Of a stretch of 64,000 nucleotides of DNA, positions 9,532 to 18,901 are shown piece after piece. The position numbers were made by a program, and so were the translations under genes. The stretch's first letter is position 1. Each line of letters starts with the position of its first letter. The notes under the pieces are model-generated. The model was not told where the DNA came from. It saw nothing but the letters and a program-made list of their open reading frames with translations, and did not search any database. Source of the DNA: Patescibacteria group bacterium UBA5147 (GTDB taxonomy: Bacteria; Patescibacteriota; Saccharimonadia; UBA4664); NCBI GenBank assembly GCA_002415345.1, contig DHXV01000003.1, positions 24,213-88,212 of the forward strand, read 5' to 3'.

Positions 9532-9791
9532 TGTTCGTGACCGTAATATCGATATTTACCGACCTGTTCGTCCTGATTTATACCGTTCTCTTGATTGCCA
9601 GGGTTGTAGGCAGCTATATTGCAAAATCGGGAGGGCAGTTTTATCGAGCCCTAGTCAGTATTACCGAGCCGGTCATAGCACCGGTACGAAAAGTATTGCC
9701 CCAGACGCCCGGGTTGGATCTCGCGCCCTTGGTCACCTACGTTGTACTGAGAGGCATTCAATACCTCGTCCACAGCTTGCTTGGAGCATAG
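9531..9791 (+). CDS. YggT family membrane protein
   Basis: 86 aa, two TM segments. MFVTVISIFTDLFVLIYTVLLIARVV ... PLVTYVVL pattern typical of YggT/Ycf19. ATG overlaps upstream stop (TGATG). Confidence 0.6.
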   Translation: MFVTVISIFTDLFVLIYTVLLIARVVGSYIAKSGGQFYRALVSITEPVIAPVRKVLPQTPGLDLAPLVTYVVLRGIQYLVHSLLGA

Positions 9792-9799
9792 ATTAGGTT

Positions 9800-10006
9800 C
9801 ATAATAGCGTTACAACTTGGCAATGCATTTCGATTTATCGAATGAGCGGTTATCAACCGCAAAGCAGCGGAAAGAAATCGTGATCAGCGCGAAATTAGAC
9901 TCCGACGTTGACGGCTCACGATAACAGCCGATAACTAAGTGTCCATCTGGAAAGCAGGGTGGTACCGCCGGGAATCCGGTCCCTGCATCAACGGATGGTT
10001 TTTTGT
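9800..10006 (+). promoter_or_regulatory. T-box leader (tRNA-sensing riboswitch) upstream of ileS, probable Ile specifier
   Basis: Conserved T-box sequence AGGGTGGTACCGCC at 9956-9969 containing the UGGU tRNA-acceptor-binding bulge. ATC codons followed by purine in the putative specifier region (gaaATCgtgATCAg, 9877-9886). Downstream hairpin plus U-run (catcaacggatggTTTTTT) precedes the ileS RBS. Confidence 0.65.
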
Positions 10007-10023
10007 ATAAAAAAGGAATTATC

Positions 10024-12915
10024 GTGAAGAAAGCTCCAACCGCCAATTTCCCCGAATTTGAAGCCGAGATGCTGCGCGTCTGGGCCGATGAAGACACGTT
10101 TAAGAATAGCTTGGATAACCGTTCCGACGCCGAGCGATTCAGCTTCTATGACGGTCCGCCGTTTGCCAACGGCCAGCCCCACTTTGGCCACACACTGGTC
10201 ACCAGCATCAAGGATGCCCTCGGACGCTACAAAACCATGCAGGGATATTACGTGGAGCGCCGCAACGGTTGGGACTGCCATGGTTTGCCGGTCGAGTTTG
10301 CCGTCGAAAAAGAGTTCGGTGTCAGCGGTAAGAAACAGATTTTAGAACTGGGGCTGCAAAAATTCAACGATGCCTGCCGCGCCAGCGTCTTTAAATACAA
10401 AGGCGAATGGGAGGAGTTCTTCCGGCGCGCCGGCCGCTGGACCGACACCGCCAACGCCTATGCCACCATCGACCGCGACTACACCGAGAGCGTGTGGTGG
10501 ATGCTGGGGCAGGTGAATGACAAGGGGCTGCTGTATCGTGGCTATAAGAGTATGCCGTACTGCCCTCGGTGCGAAACGCCGCTGTCAAACTTCGAGGTGA
10601 ACGAGGGCTACAAGGACGATGTTCCGGACCCAAGCCTGTACGTTAAATTCAAACTGGTGGGTGAGGATGCCAGCTTGCTGGGATGGACCACTACCCCGTG
10701 GAGCCTGCCAGGCAACGCCGCTGTGGCCGTCAATCCCAAGGCAAAATATGTCTATGCCAAGCTGACCGGCGATGACGGCACCAGCGAGGTACTGGTATTG
10801 GCGAAAGCCCGGCTCGAATCGCTCAAAGCTGAATACGAAATTATTTCCGAAGTCAGCGCCGGGGAACTTGTCGGCAAATCCTATGAGCCACTGTTCAAAC
10901 AACCCTCGGCCGCACTGACCGCCGATGAGAAGAAGAATCTTTTCAAGGTTTGGGCTACCGATATCGTTTCGGTTGAAGACGGTTCCGGCGTGCTGCATGT
11001 GGCGCCCGCCTTCGGCGAGGACGACCTTAATATGTCCGTGGAATACGGCATTCCTGTCCTCACCACGGTCAAACCGAACGGCCATATTACCGATGACGTC
11101 GAGCTCGAAGACGTGCGCGACAAGTTCTTTAAGAGTGCCGACCGCCTAATCACCCAGCACCTGACGGAGCAGGGCAAAGTGTTTCTGGCCGAGACCTTCA
11201 CCCACACCTATCCGTTCTGTTACCGCTGCGAAACCCCGCTGCTGTACTACGCCATATCGACCTGGTTCGTTAAGGTCTCGGCCGTCCGTGACCAAATGCT
11301 TGCCACTGCCGAACAAATCACCTGGAGCCCGGCGAACATCAAGTCCGGCCGCTTTGGTAAATGGCTCGAGGGCGCCAGGGATTGGGCCATCAGCCGCAGC
11401 CGTTACTGGGGTGCGCCGATGCCGATCTGGGTGAACGTGGACGATGCCGATGATTTCATTGTAGTTTCAAGCCTTGATGAGCTGGTGAAGCTGGCCGGTC
11501 TGGAAGGAAAGCCCGAGGACCTGCACCGCCCAGGTATCGACAACGTCGTCATTACCAAAGACGGCAAAACTTACAAGCGCATCGACGACGTCTTTGACTG
11601 CTGGTTCGAGAGCGGATCTATGCCAGTGGCGCAGCAGCACTACCCATTTGAAAACAAGGACGTGTTTGAAACCAGTTTTCCGGCCGACTATATCGGTGAG
11701 GGTCTGGACCAGACCCGCCTCTGGTTCTACGTCCAGCATGTCCTGTCGACGATCGTCTTTAACCGCCCGGCGTATAAAAACGTCCTCGTAAACGGCATGG
11801 TCATGGCTGCTGACGGAGAAAAGTTGAGCAAGCGACTGAAGAATTATCCTCCGGTTGAAGACGTCTTCGCCAACGAGGGCGCCGATACTTTACGGTTCTA
11901 TTTACTGGGCAACGACCAGGCCGTAGGTGCCGATTATATGCGCTTTTCCCGCGACGCCATGCGGGATATCCAACGTAACGTGTTCGGGACCCTGTGGAAC
12001 ACCTACAGTTTCCTGAGTATGTATGCCGAAATCGATAAATGGCAGCCTACCAAAACCTTGCAACGGCCGACCAGCGACAATGTCCTGGACCAGTGGCTGC
12101 TGGCCCGCCTTGATGTAACGGTCGCCGAAGTCACCCGCCAGGCTGACGACTACAAATTGGCAGCCGCCCTGCGCCCTTTGCGTGCACTGGTGGAAGACCT
12201 GAGCAACTGGTACGTCCGCCGCAGCCGGCGAAGGTTCTGGAAGAGCGAAGACGACGGCGATAAGGCCGCAGCATATGCCACTTTGCATTATGCGCTCTGC
12301 CGGATCGCCCAGATTTTAGCTCCCTGGAGCCCGTTCATCGCCGAAAAACTGTGGCGCGGCCTAACCGAAGGTATGGACGAGCCGGCCAGCGTGCATTTGA
12401 GCGACTGGCCAAAAGCGGACAAAACGGACCAACCTTTGCTTGATGAAATGGAGCAGGCCCGAGCCTACATCAATGCCGCACTCTCGCAGCGGGCTGAGGC
12501 CTGCATCAAGGTACGGCAACCACTGTCGCGCCTGGAAGTGCCGCAACTAGGTGATGCTTATAAGTTCATCATCGCCGATGAAGTCAATGTCAAGGAAGTC
12601 GTCTGGAACGAGGGCGGCGAAGTCAAGCTGACTACTACTTTGACTCCCGAGCTTAAGGCCGAAGGCCTGATGCGCGACATCGTCCGCCAGGTACAATCGA
12701 CACGCAAGAGCGCGGGGCTGAAAGTTGATGACCGCATTGTTCTGACGCTCCAAACCGAGGCCGGTAACGACCTGGCGCTGGCAATTCAGGCCCACAAAGA
12801 CACCATCATGGCTGAGACCTTGGCGACCGATCTCAAGATGACCGACGCTGATCCGGACCTGATTCCGGTCAAAGTCAACGGCATGGAACTGACGATCGAC
12901 GTGGTAAAAGCTTAG
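10024..12915 (+). CDS. ileS: isoleucyl-tRNA synthetase (type 2, eukaryote-like)
   Basis: HIGH motif PHFGH, KMSKS variant KLSKRL, WAISRSRYWG. GTG start with AAGGA RBS 7 nt upstream. The tracked TTG 10003 start is inside the T-box terminator. Confidence 0.9.
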   Translation: MKKAPTANFPEFEAEMLRVWADEDTFKNSLDNRSDAERFSFYDGPPFANGQPHFGHTLVTSIKDALGRYKTMQGYYVERRNGWDCHGLPVEFAVEKEFGVSGKKQILELGLQKFNDACRASVFKYKGEWEEFFRRAGRWTDTANAYATIDRDYTESVWWMLGQVNDKGLLYRGYKSMPYCPRCETPLSNFEVNEGYKDDVPDPSLYVKFKLVGEDASLLGWTTTPWSLPGNAAVAVNPKAKYVYAKLTGDDGTSEVLVLAKARLESLKAEYEIISEVSAGELVGKSYEPLFKQPSAALTADEKKNLFKVWATDIVSVEDGSGVLHVAPAFGEDDLNMSVEYGIPVLTTVKPNGHITDDVELEDVRDKFFKSADRLITQHLTEQGKVFLAETFTHTYPFCYRCETPLLYYAISTWFVKVSAVRDQMLATAEQITWSPANIKSGRFGKWLEGARDWAISRSRYWGAPMPIWVNVDDADDFIVVSSLDELVKLAGLEGKPEDLHRPGIDNVVITKDGKTYKRIDDVFDCWFESGSMPVAQQHYPFENKDVFETSFPADYIGEGLDQTRLWFYVQHVLSTIVFNRPAYKNVLVNGMVMAADGEKLSKRLKNYPPVEDVFANEGADTLRFYLLGNDQAVGADYMRFSRDAMRDIQRNVFGTLWNTYSFLSMYAEIDKWQPTKTLQRPTSDNVLDQWLLARLDVTVAEVTRQADDYKLAAALRPLRALVEDLSNWYVRRSRRRFWKSEDDGDKAAAYATLHYALCRIAQILAPWSPFIAEKLWRGLTEGMDEPASVHLSDWPKADKTDQPLLDEMEQARAYINAALSQRAEACIKVRQPLSRLEVPQLGDAYKFIIADEVNVKEVVWNEGGEVKLTTTLTPELKAEGLMRDIVRQVQSTRKSAGLKVDDRIVLTLQTEAGNDLALAIQAHKDTIMAETLATDLKMTDADPDLIPVKVNGMELTIDVVKA

Positions 12916-12996
12916 CTACTTACGTAAATTTGGTTTGCCGTTCAAAAAGCTTCGCTTATCAGATAAGATGGGTGAAGTAATACATGAGTAAGCAGA

Positions 12997-14112
12997 GTGC
13001 TCCAAAGCCGCTTCTGGAAAAATTTTGATTGGATCCTATTCGGTTTCATAGTCCTCCTGACGGCTATGGGCCTGATTGTGATATATTCCACGTCATTTAA
13101 AGCCACATCGCTGGACAGTTCGAGCGAGGTGGTGCATCAGGGGATTTTTGCAATCATCGGCCTGGTGGCGTTGGTAACCGTGTCGCGCATAGATTATCGG
13201 ATGTGGGGGAAAATGGTCAATTGGATCTATGGCGGTTCAATTCTGATGTTGGTCGTGGTCGAGGTTTTTGCCCGTCCCGTACTGGGAGCCAAGCGGTGGA
13301 TTGATCTTGGCTTCTTCCAGTTCCAACCCAGTGAGCTGATGAAGCTGGCTCTTATCATCGTGCTGGCCAAACTCTACGCCGACAATTACGACCAGTTGGA
13401 GCGGCCAAAGTTCCTTCTGATTTCGTTGGCGTACATGGCTGTTCCGGTTATTTTGACCTTCAAGGAGCCGGACCTCGGTTCGACGTTGGTGCTCATAGTG
13501 ATTTGGCTGGGTATGACACTGGTGTCGCGGGTCCGCAAAGTCTATTTGGGCGCGCTGCTGGCGGCCGCCGTGGCGATGGCACCTATTGGATATGCACTCC
13601 TGAAGCCGTTTCAAAAAGCCCGACTGGCCACCTTCATGGACCCTGCCGCCGACCCGCTCCATACGGGATATAACGTGGTACAGTCAACCATTACGGTGGG
13701 GAGTGGTCAGATGTTTGGAAGGGGACTGGCGGCCGGCTCACAAACGCAGCTCAACTTCTTGCCGAGCCTGGCCCAGCATACTGACTTTATTTTTGCGGTG
13801 TTGAGCGAAAAGATGGGATTCGTAGGCTCGGGCTTGGTGGTTGCCCTGTTCGGGGGGGTTATGATTCGAGGGTTGATTATAGCGAACCGTTCGCAGGATC
13901 GCTTCGGTATGTTCGTTGCCTCCGGCGTGGTAGCGATGCTCTTATTCCACTTCTTTATCAACGTGGGCATGAATATTGGCATTGCGCCGGTAACCGGAAT
14001 CCCGCTACCGTTTGTCAGTTACGGCGGAACCTCGTTGATTGTAGCCATGATGAGTATCGGATTGCTTGAAAGTATCGCCATTCGTCGGAAGAAGCTGCAA
14101 TTCGGCAGCTAA
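12997..14112 (+). CDS. SEDS family peptidoglycan glycosyltransferase (FtsW/RodA)
   Basis: 371 aa, about 10 TM segments, GSGQMFGRG and conserved PE/PLPF.SYGGTS motifs. GTG start. Confidence 0.85.
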   Translation: MLQSRFWKNFDWILFGFIVLLTAMGLIVIYSTSFKATSLDSSSEVVHQGIFAIIGLVALVTVSRIDYRMWGKMVNWIYGGSILMLVVVEVFARPVLGAKRWIDLGFFQFQPSELMKLALIIVLAKLYADNYDQLERPKFLLISLAYMAVPVILTFKEPDLGSTLVLIVIWLGMTLVSRVRKVYLGALLAAAVAMAPIGYALLKPFQKARLATFMDPAADPLHTGYNVVQSTITVGSGQMFGRGLAAGSQTQLNFLPSLAQHTDFIFAVLSEKMGFVGSGLVVALFGGVMIRGLIIANRSQDRFGMFVASGVVAMLLFHFFINVGMNIGIAPVTGIPLPFVSYGGTSLIVAMMSIGLLESIAIRRKKLQFGS

Positions 14113-14141
14113 GCATAAGCATATTATGGTAGGATGGCTGT

Positions 14142-15722
14142 ATGAAATGCCCAAATTGCAACACTGAACTGACTCTAGGCGGTAAAATAGCCTTATGCCT
14201 AAATTGCGGCACCACCCAGCCGTTACCCACCGCACAACCTAAAGGTCCTGAAACGACCGCAGCCACCGCGCCAGCTGACGCGGCTAACATGGCTCAGCCC
14301 GCCACGACGCCGGTCGTAATGCCGACTATCCCCCTGGTGCCGACCGCACCCACGCCGGCTAGCCTATCCGCTCCCGAACCTGTCAACCAGCCGGCAGTAG
14401 TCGGCCTGGTGCCGCCCGTCGCAGATTCGGTCCAGTCGTCACAACCGGGTTTGACGCCGTCGCTGGCGGCCAAACAGCCCCGTCGTAAGTTGACGCTGGC
14501 GTTGATAGTCGGCGTGCCGTTACTGCTTGTGGGCGGGAGCGGTGCCTACGCCTATAACGCTTATCAAATCGCCCCCAGCCATGCTCTGGTTGGGTACCTC
14601 AATAAACTCGTAAATTCCAAAACGGGCAAGTATAGTGGCACGATTACCTATCGCGGTGATTCTGGCGACGGTTCCTCTCTGGGTATCTCCAAAGTCGATC
14701 TCACTGTTACCGGAGCCTATGATATTGTCGATCAGAAGAACCCCAAGGCCGACCTGACGCTGGGCGGTTCGGCCGGGACCTACGGCGTCAAGGCGCAACT
14801 GCGTACCCTTGATAAGGCGGCCTACTTCAAACTGGACAGCCTTGATCTGGTCCAAAACTTTGGCCTGACGCTGTCCAAAGATTGGTACAAAATCGCTATG
14901 GACGACAACGCCGAGGCAAGTAAGTGCACGAGTCAGTCGAGCAAGAACTCCAAGAACTTCCTCGGATCGCAGGTATTAACCGATCTGCCGCTCAAAAACG
15001 TTAAGGCTGTCTCATTATGGGAAAACATCGCCGGACACCGCACTACTCATTATTCTGGTGAGTTGAATGTTGCCAAATTACAGTCGTACATCGATAACGC
15101 CAATAAGGACTTGTCGGCCGATTGTAAAATTACGCTGTCGGCCAAAGATTTGGAACATACTACGATAAGTTATGATTTGTGGTCGGGTACGGACTTTGAC
15201 CGTATGCGCATCAAGGCCAATGATACGGAATCCAAAAGCCAGATCGAGAGCACCATCGATACCTCCGGTTACAATAAATCGGTCAAGATTGTTGCCCCGG
15301 CCAATGCTAAAGAGCTTAAGGATGTGCTCTCCGCCCTCTACGGCAGCGACGGCACGGACTCGGTCGGCTCATTCAGTAGTAGCTCCACTAGCTCATCCGG
15401 AGCAAGCGCGCAGGTGAAGGCCCGCGACATCCAACGTCAAACCGATTTGCGGTCTGTCCAAAAGGGGCTTGAAGAGTATTTTGTCGACAACAGTACCTAT
15501 CCATTGACGTTGATTGCTCTTACTCAGGGGCAGGTGCCGATATTTAAAACGGTACCGGTTGATCCAGTAGGCAAGGCACCCTATGGGTACATCTATAAGC
15601 CTGGTCCGGCCGGATGCAAGACTACGTGTGACAGCTACACCCTCAGCGCACAACTAGAGGATACAAAAGCTACCGGCTCAAATATCGTCAACGGAGTATA
15701 CTCTCTCGTAAACCCCAATTAG
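14142..15722 (+). CDS. membrane protein: N-terminal Zn-ribbon, Pro/Ala-rich linker, TM, large ectodomain ending in a pseudopilin (GspG)-like domain
   Basis: MKCPNCNTELTLGGKIALCLNCG zinc ribbon. TM segment LTLALIVGVPLLLVGG. C-terminus ARDIQRQTDLRSVQKGLEEYFVDNSTYPLTLIAL...PVDPVGKAPYGYIYKP matches the type IV pilin/pseudopilin globular-domain pattern but has no prepilin N-terminal helix. Confidence 0.6.
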   Translation: MKCPNCNTELTLGGKIALCLNCGTTQPLPTAQPKGPETTAATAPADAANMAQPATTPVVMPTIPLVPTAPTPASLSAPEPVNQPAVVGLVPPVADSVQSSQPGLTPSLAAKQPRRKLTLALIVGVPLLLVGGSGAYAYNAYQIAPSHALVGYLNKLVNSKTGKYSGTITYRGDSGDGSSLGISKVDLTVTGAYDIVDQKNPKADLTLGGSAGTYGVKAQLRTLDKAAYFKLDSLDLVQNFGLTLSKDWYKIAMDDNAEASKCTSQSSKNSKNFLGSQVLTDLPLKNVKAVSLWENIAGHRTTHYSGELNVAKLQSYIDNANKDLSADCKITLSAKDLEHTTISYDLWSGTDFDRMRIKANDTESKSQIESTIDTSGYNKSVKIVAPANAKELKDVLSALYGSDGTDSVGSFSSSSTSSSGASAQVKARDIQRQTDLRSVQKGLEEYFVDNSTYPLTLIALTQGQVPIFKTVPVDPVGKAPYGYIYKPGPAGCKTTCDSYTLSAQLEDTKATGSNIVNGVYSLVNPN

Positions 15723-15816
15723 GTACGGTTGCCAGGAGGGAGTATTTCTGGTATTATCGTTTGGTTACGCAAACTAACAAGCACGCCTGCTAGACCCAGG
15801 CTTACAAGGAGCTTAC

Positions 15817-16125
15817 ATGCAAGCAGTTATCGCTTCCGGTGGGAAGCAATACATCGTTAAGGCCGGAGACATCGTTGAACTGGAACTGCTGGGCGACGCC
15901 AAGAAGTTCGAGTTTGACGCCCTCATGACCTTTGACGGCGACAACATCAGTATCGGTACGCCGTTGGTCGATAAGATCAAGGTGCATGCCGAGCTGATTG
16001 AAGAAGTTAAGGGTGAGAAGATCAAAATCATGAAATTCAAGGCCAAGAAGCGCGTTAAGCGCCTCACCGGTCACCGCCAGAAATATACCCAGCTCAAGAT
16101 CACCAAGATCACCAAGATCACCTAA
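15817..16125 (+). CDS. rplU: 50S ribosomal protein L21
   Basis: MQAVIASGGKQYIVKAGD...GHRQKYTQLKI. RBS CAAGGAG. No rpmA follows. 3' end carries a 3x9-bp tandem repeat (KITKITKIT). Confidence 0.9.
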   Translation: MQAVIASGGKQYIVKAGDIVELELLGDAKKFEFDALMTFDGDNISIGTPLVDKIKVHAELIEEVKGEKIKIMKFKAKKRVKRLTGHRQKYTQLKITKITKIT

Positions 16126-16130
16126 GAAAA

Positions 16131-16157
16131 ATCACCGCTTCGGCGGTGATTTTTTTG
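16131..16157 (+). terminator. rho-independent terminator after rplU
   Basis: atcaccgc-ttcg-gcggtgat followed by TTTTTTT. Confidence 0.75.
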
Positions 16158-16179
16158 ATCCGGCCGGTAACGCCGAATA

Positions 16180-17286
16180 CTATTGAATGACCCAATAATC
16201 AAAGGCGTAGCCACGGCCCGAGTATATGCCTGAGGCTGCCCCAATAGTAAAGTCGGTAGCCGTGCGTTGGACGTAATAGGGCAGCGCCCCGGCAAATGAC
16301 CCGACGGGAGTTATCAGAACCCGGGGCACCCGCCCGTAAGCGGTATGGAAAGTGACTTTAATGAGTAATCCGCCTCCCGCCGTAGCGGCATTGGTGACTG
16401 AACCGGTATTGACGGAAACGGTACCCGCAGAATCATTGCCATCGATGTTGGCCGAGGCGCCACCGCCAGCCTCACTCCCTAAGCTTATGCCGGGGCGTTG
16501 GCCGGTAATAATCAGGTGGCCGCTCAGGTTGAGGTTGCCGGTAACGGCCAGAGTCGAAGTATTGATGACGCCGGCGGACAAACTCCCGCCGAACGTCCCG
16601 TTGCCGCTGGCCGAGAGGTCGCCCTTGGCCGTGGCCCCGCCGTTTAAGAGCGCCGGGCTTTGCAGGATGAGCGGCCCGGTGACGTTCAGGGCGGCACGAA
16701 CGTTAGTGACGCCAAGGGTTGATGTCTTATCGACGATCAGGTCGCCCAGGTTGGCGGATCCAGGAGCGGAAATGCCGCCAATAACCTTGAGGTCGTTATT
16801 TATCGCAACGCGGTTTGAGAATAACGTGGAGGAAGAAATGGTCAGAACCTGAGACGAGCCGCCGCCCGCCCCGCCAAAAAACGTTCCCAGTTTTTCCAGG
16901 TCTTTTTGGTCGAGGGTCGTCACTTTGGGCGCGGTCACTACGGTCTTTTTATTCGTTTGAGTCAGGTATAAATAACCCCCCAGAACGAGGCCGGCGGCAA
17001 TTATTGCCACCACGAAGGTTACGAGCGTCGTGATAATGTCGGCACGTTGGTAAACCGAAGTCAGGGAAGCGCGTCCCTTGGCGACGACTCCAGCCGAGAT
17101 TCCAGCGCCGGGATCCAGCACGGTCGGGACCGTACCGTCTGAGAGGGGGTCGGCCTGAAGCTTGCCGCCTGCGAGAGGTTGCGCCTCAGCTTCATCCCCG
17201 GCAGCGGGGGTCACCAAATTGTCCGGCTCGGCAACAGGAGTAGGGTCGGTTTTGGTTGTATCTTCGTCGCTCATCATCGTGCTCAC
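16180..17286 (-). CDS. membrane-anchored beta-helical repeat protein (paralog 1 of 2)
   Basis: 368 aa. Acidic/Pro-rich N-terminus, one TM, then Gly/Thr/Asn-rich repeats (LxVxGxxNLxG...). Conserved C-terminus GRGYAFDYWVIQ shared with 33001-33918. Confidence 0.55.
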   Translation of the reverse strand: MSTMMSDEDTTKTDPTPVAEPDNLVTPAAGDEAEAQPLAGGKLQADPLSDGTVPTVLDPGAGISAGVVAKGRASLTSVYQRADIITTLVTFVVAIIAAGLVLGGYLYLTQTNKKTVVTAPKVTTLDQKDLEKLGTFFGGAGGGSSQVLTISSSTLFSNRVAINNDLKVIGGISAPGSANLGDLIVDKTSTLGVTNVRAALNVTGPLILQSPALLNGGATAKGDLSASGNGTFGGSLSAGVINTSTLAVTGNLNLSGHLIITGQRPGISLGSEAGGGASANIDGNDSAGTVSVNTGSVTNAATAGGGLLIKVTFHTAYGRVPRVLITPVGSFAGALPYYVQRTATDFTIGAASGIYSGRGYAFDYWVIQ

Positions 17287-17375
17287 TCAGTAATAATATG
17301 ATAGCGGTTACGCTTAGGTTTGTACAACCTGGCAGCTATCCGGGGCGGGCGTATGGTATATTCTAAGTAACGGTT

Positions 17376-18317
17376 ATGGTTGTCAAACTAAGTCATCATC
17401 GGCATTCGGGGCGGTTAAGACCCCATCACGAGACGTCTTATGCGTTGCTCGTATTTTTGCTAATGGTTACGACCATCGTTGTGGCTGCCGTAACTACGCC
17501 TGCCAAGGCGGCACTCACAGGATCAGGTTCCTACAGCGTATTGGCTGTAGTGCCCGGACCGCGTCCGACGCAACCAGCTATCATTACTTCACCGGTCAAC
17601 GGGCAGATCTTCCAGACGAACCCCATTACCGTTGTGGGAACGTGCCCTAAGGGAACGCTGATTAAAATATTCAAGAACGGGGTTCTCGCTGGGAGCATCA
17701 TCTGTGACAGTACCGGTCATTTCAACCTGCCCATCGACCTGCTGATTGGTTCCAACGCTCTCACGGCCGTTGCTTTTAACACTAACGATCAGGCTGGTCC
17801 GGATTCGCCGGCCGTCAATGTGACGCTCAACGTGCCGGCCGGGGGATTCGGTTTCTCCAGCGAGCTGATATTGCAATCCACCAGTTATTACCGCGGGGTA
17901 GTCCCGGGTCAACAAGTGGTGTGGCCCATTGATATCGTGGGCGGGCTAGCTCCGTATGCCGTCAACTTTGAATGGGGCGACGGTACCAGCAGCCTGGTTA
18001 CGCGGCTTGGTCCCGGACCGTTCACCCTTGAGCACGTATACAATAAGGTCGGGGGATATCTGGGAGCATTCCCGTTGATTATCCGGGCCACAGACGCCGC
18101 CGGGCATACCGCTTACTTGCAACTGACAACCATTGTCAACGACCCGACGGCCGCAACGGCCTCCACGACCAAAGGTGGCGGCACGGGTTTTAACGTCAGC
18201 AGCGTTATGGTTATTTGGCCGCTTCTCATAGTTTTGTTCCTGATTGTACTGGCCTTCTGGCTCGGTGAGCGTCGTGAAGAAGGCATTATGCAGCGACAAA
18301 TGGCAGCGTTGGCGTAA
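17376..18317 (+). CDS. bitopic membrane protein with Ig-like and PKD-like domains (paralog 1 of 2)
   Basis: His-rich N-terminus HHRHSGRLRPHHETSYA, TM, PKD signature FEWGDGTSS...HVY, C-terminal TM ending WLGERREEG. Paralog of 39227-40180. Confidence 0.6.
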   Translation: MVVKLSHHRHSGRLRPHHETSYALLVFLLMVTTIVVAAVTTPAKAALTGSGSYSVLAVVPGPRPTQPAIITSPVNGQIFQTNPITVVGTCPKGTLIKIFKNGVLAGSIICDSTGHFNLPIDLLIGSNALTAVAFNTNDQAGPDSPAVNVTLNVPAGGFGFSSELILQSTSYYRGVVPGQQVVWPIDIVGGLAPYAVNFEWGDGTSSLVTRLGPGPFTLEHVYNKVGGYLGAFPLIIRATDAAGHTAYLQLTTIVNDPTAATASTTKGGGTGFNVSSVMVIWPLLIVLFLIVLAFWLGERREEGIMQRQMAALA

Positions 18318-18325
18318 GGGGGATT

Positions 18326-18901
18326 ATGATTAAGACACGACTTGCAAAGACAATTTCGATTCTAATCCTGGTAGGGGCGATTTTCGGCTTTGCCATTATA
18401 TTCCTGATGAGGTTCGTCGACGGCCCCGTCTCGGGCAAGGTCAGCTCCACAACGCTGGCCGATGTCAAGGCCAGTGCCGCACCCACCCCACTACCGGCGC
18501 ACCAGCTCGCCGGACTGTATGTAGCCTTGGATTACCCGGCAACCTATGACCAGCTGGCCCAAATTAAAACCGACAAAACGGCCTTGGAACAATATGATAT
18601 GTCCCCAAAGGGCGATTACCGCCAGTCGATTACCGTTCACGTCGCCGAGTTGCCTTCAGGCGATCCGCACGAGGACGCAAGCTACCGCATTCGCGAGCTG
18701 AACACTGCCGAATATCGATCGACGGTTATTCCAGGCGGTGACCGGACTGTCCTTATGACTAAGGCTGACGGCAGCGAACAGACCTTGTTTGTGGTGCATA
18801 AGGCGAGGCTGCTCACCGTAGCGGTGACGTCCACCAGCACCAAGGCGACCGCCAAGGAGATCATGGCAATAATCCAACCAAGCGTGAGGTGGATCCAGTG
18901 A
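18326..18901 (+). CDS. N-terminally anchored hypothetical protein
   Basis: 191 aa, signal-anchor TM (ISILILVGAIFGFAIIFLM), no recognisable motif. Co-oriented and overlapping with the next gene. Confidence 0.45.
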   Translation: MIKTRLAKTISILILVGAIFGFAIIFLMRFVDGPVSGKVSSTTLADVKASAAPTPLPAHQLAGLYVALDYPATYDQLAQIKTDKTALEQYDMSPKGDYRQSITVHVAELPSGDPHEDASYRIRELNTAEYRSTVIPGGDRTVLMTKADGSEQTLFVVHKARLLTVAVTSTSTKATAKEIMAIIQPSVRWIQ

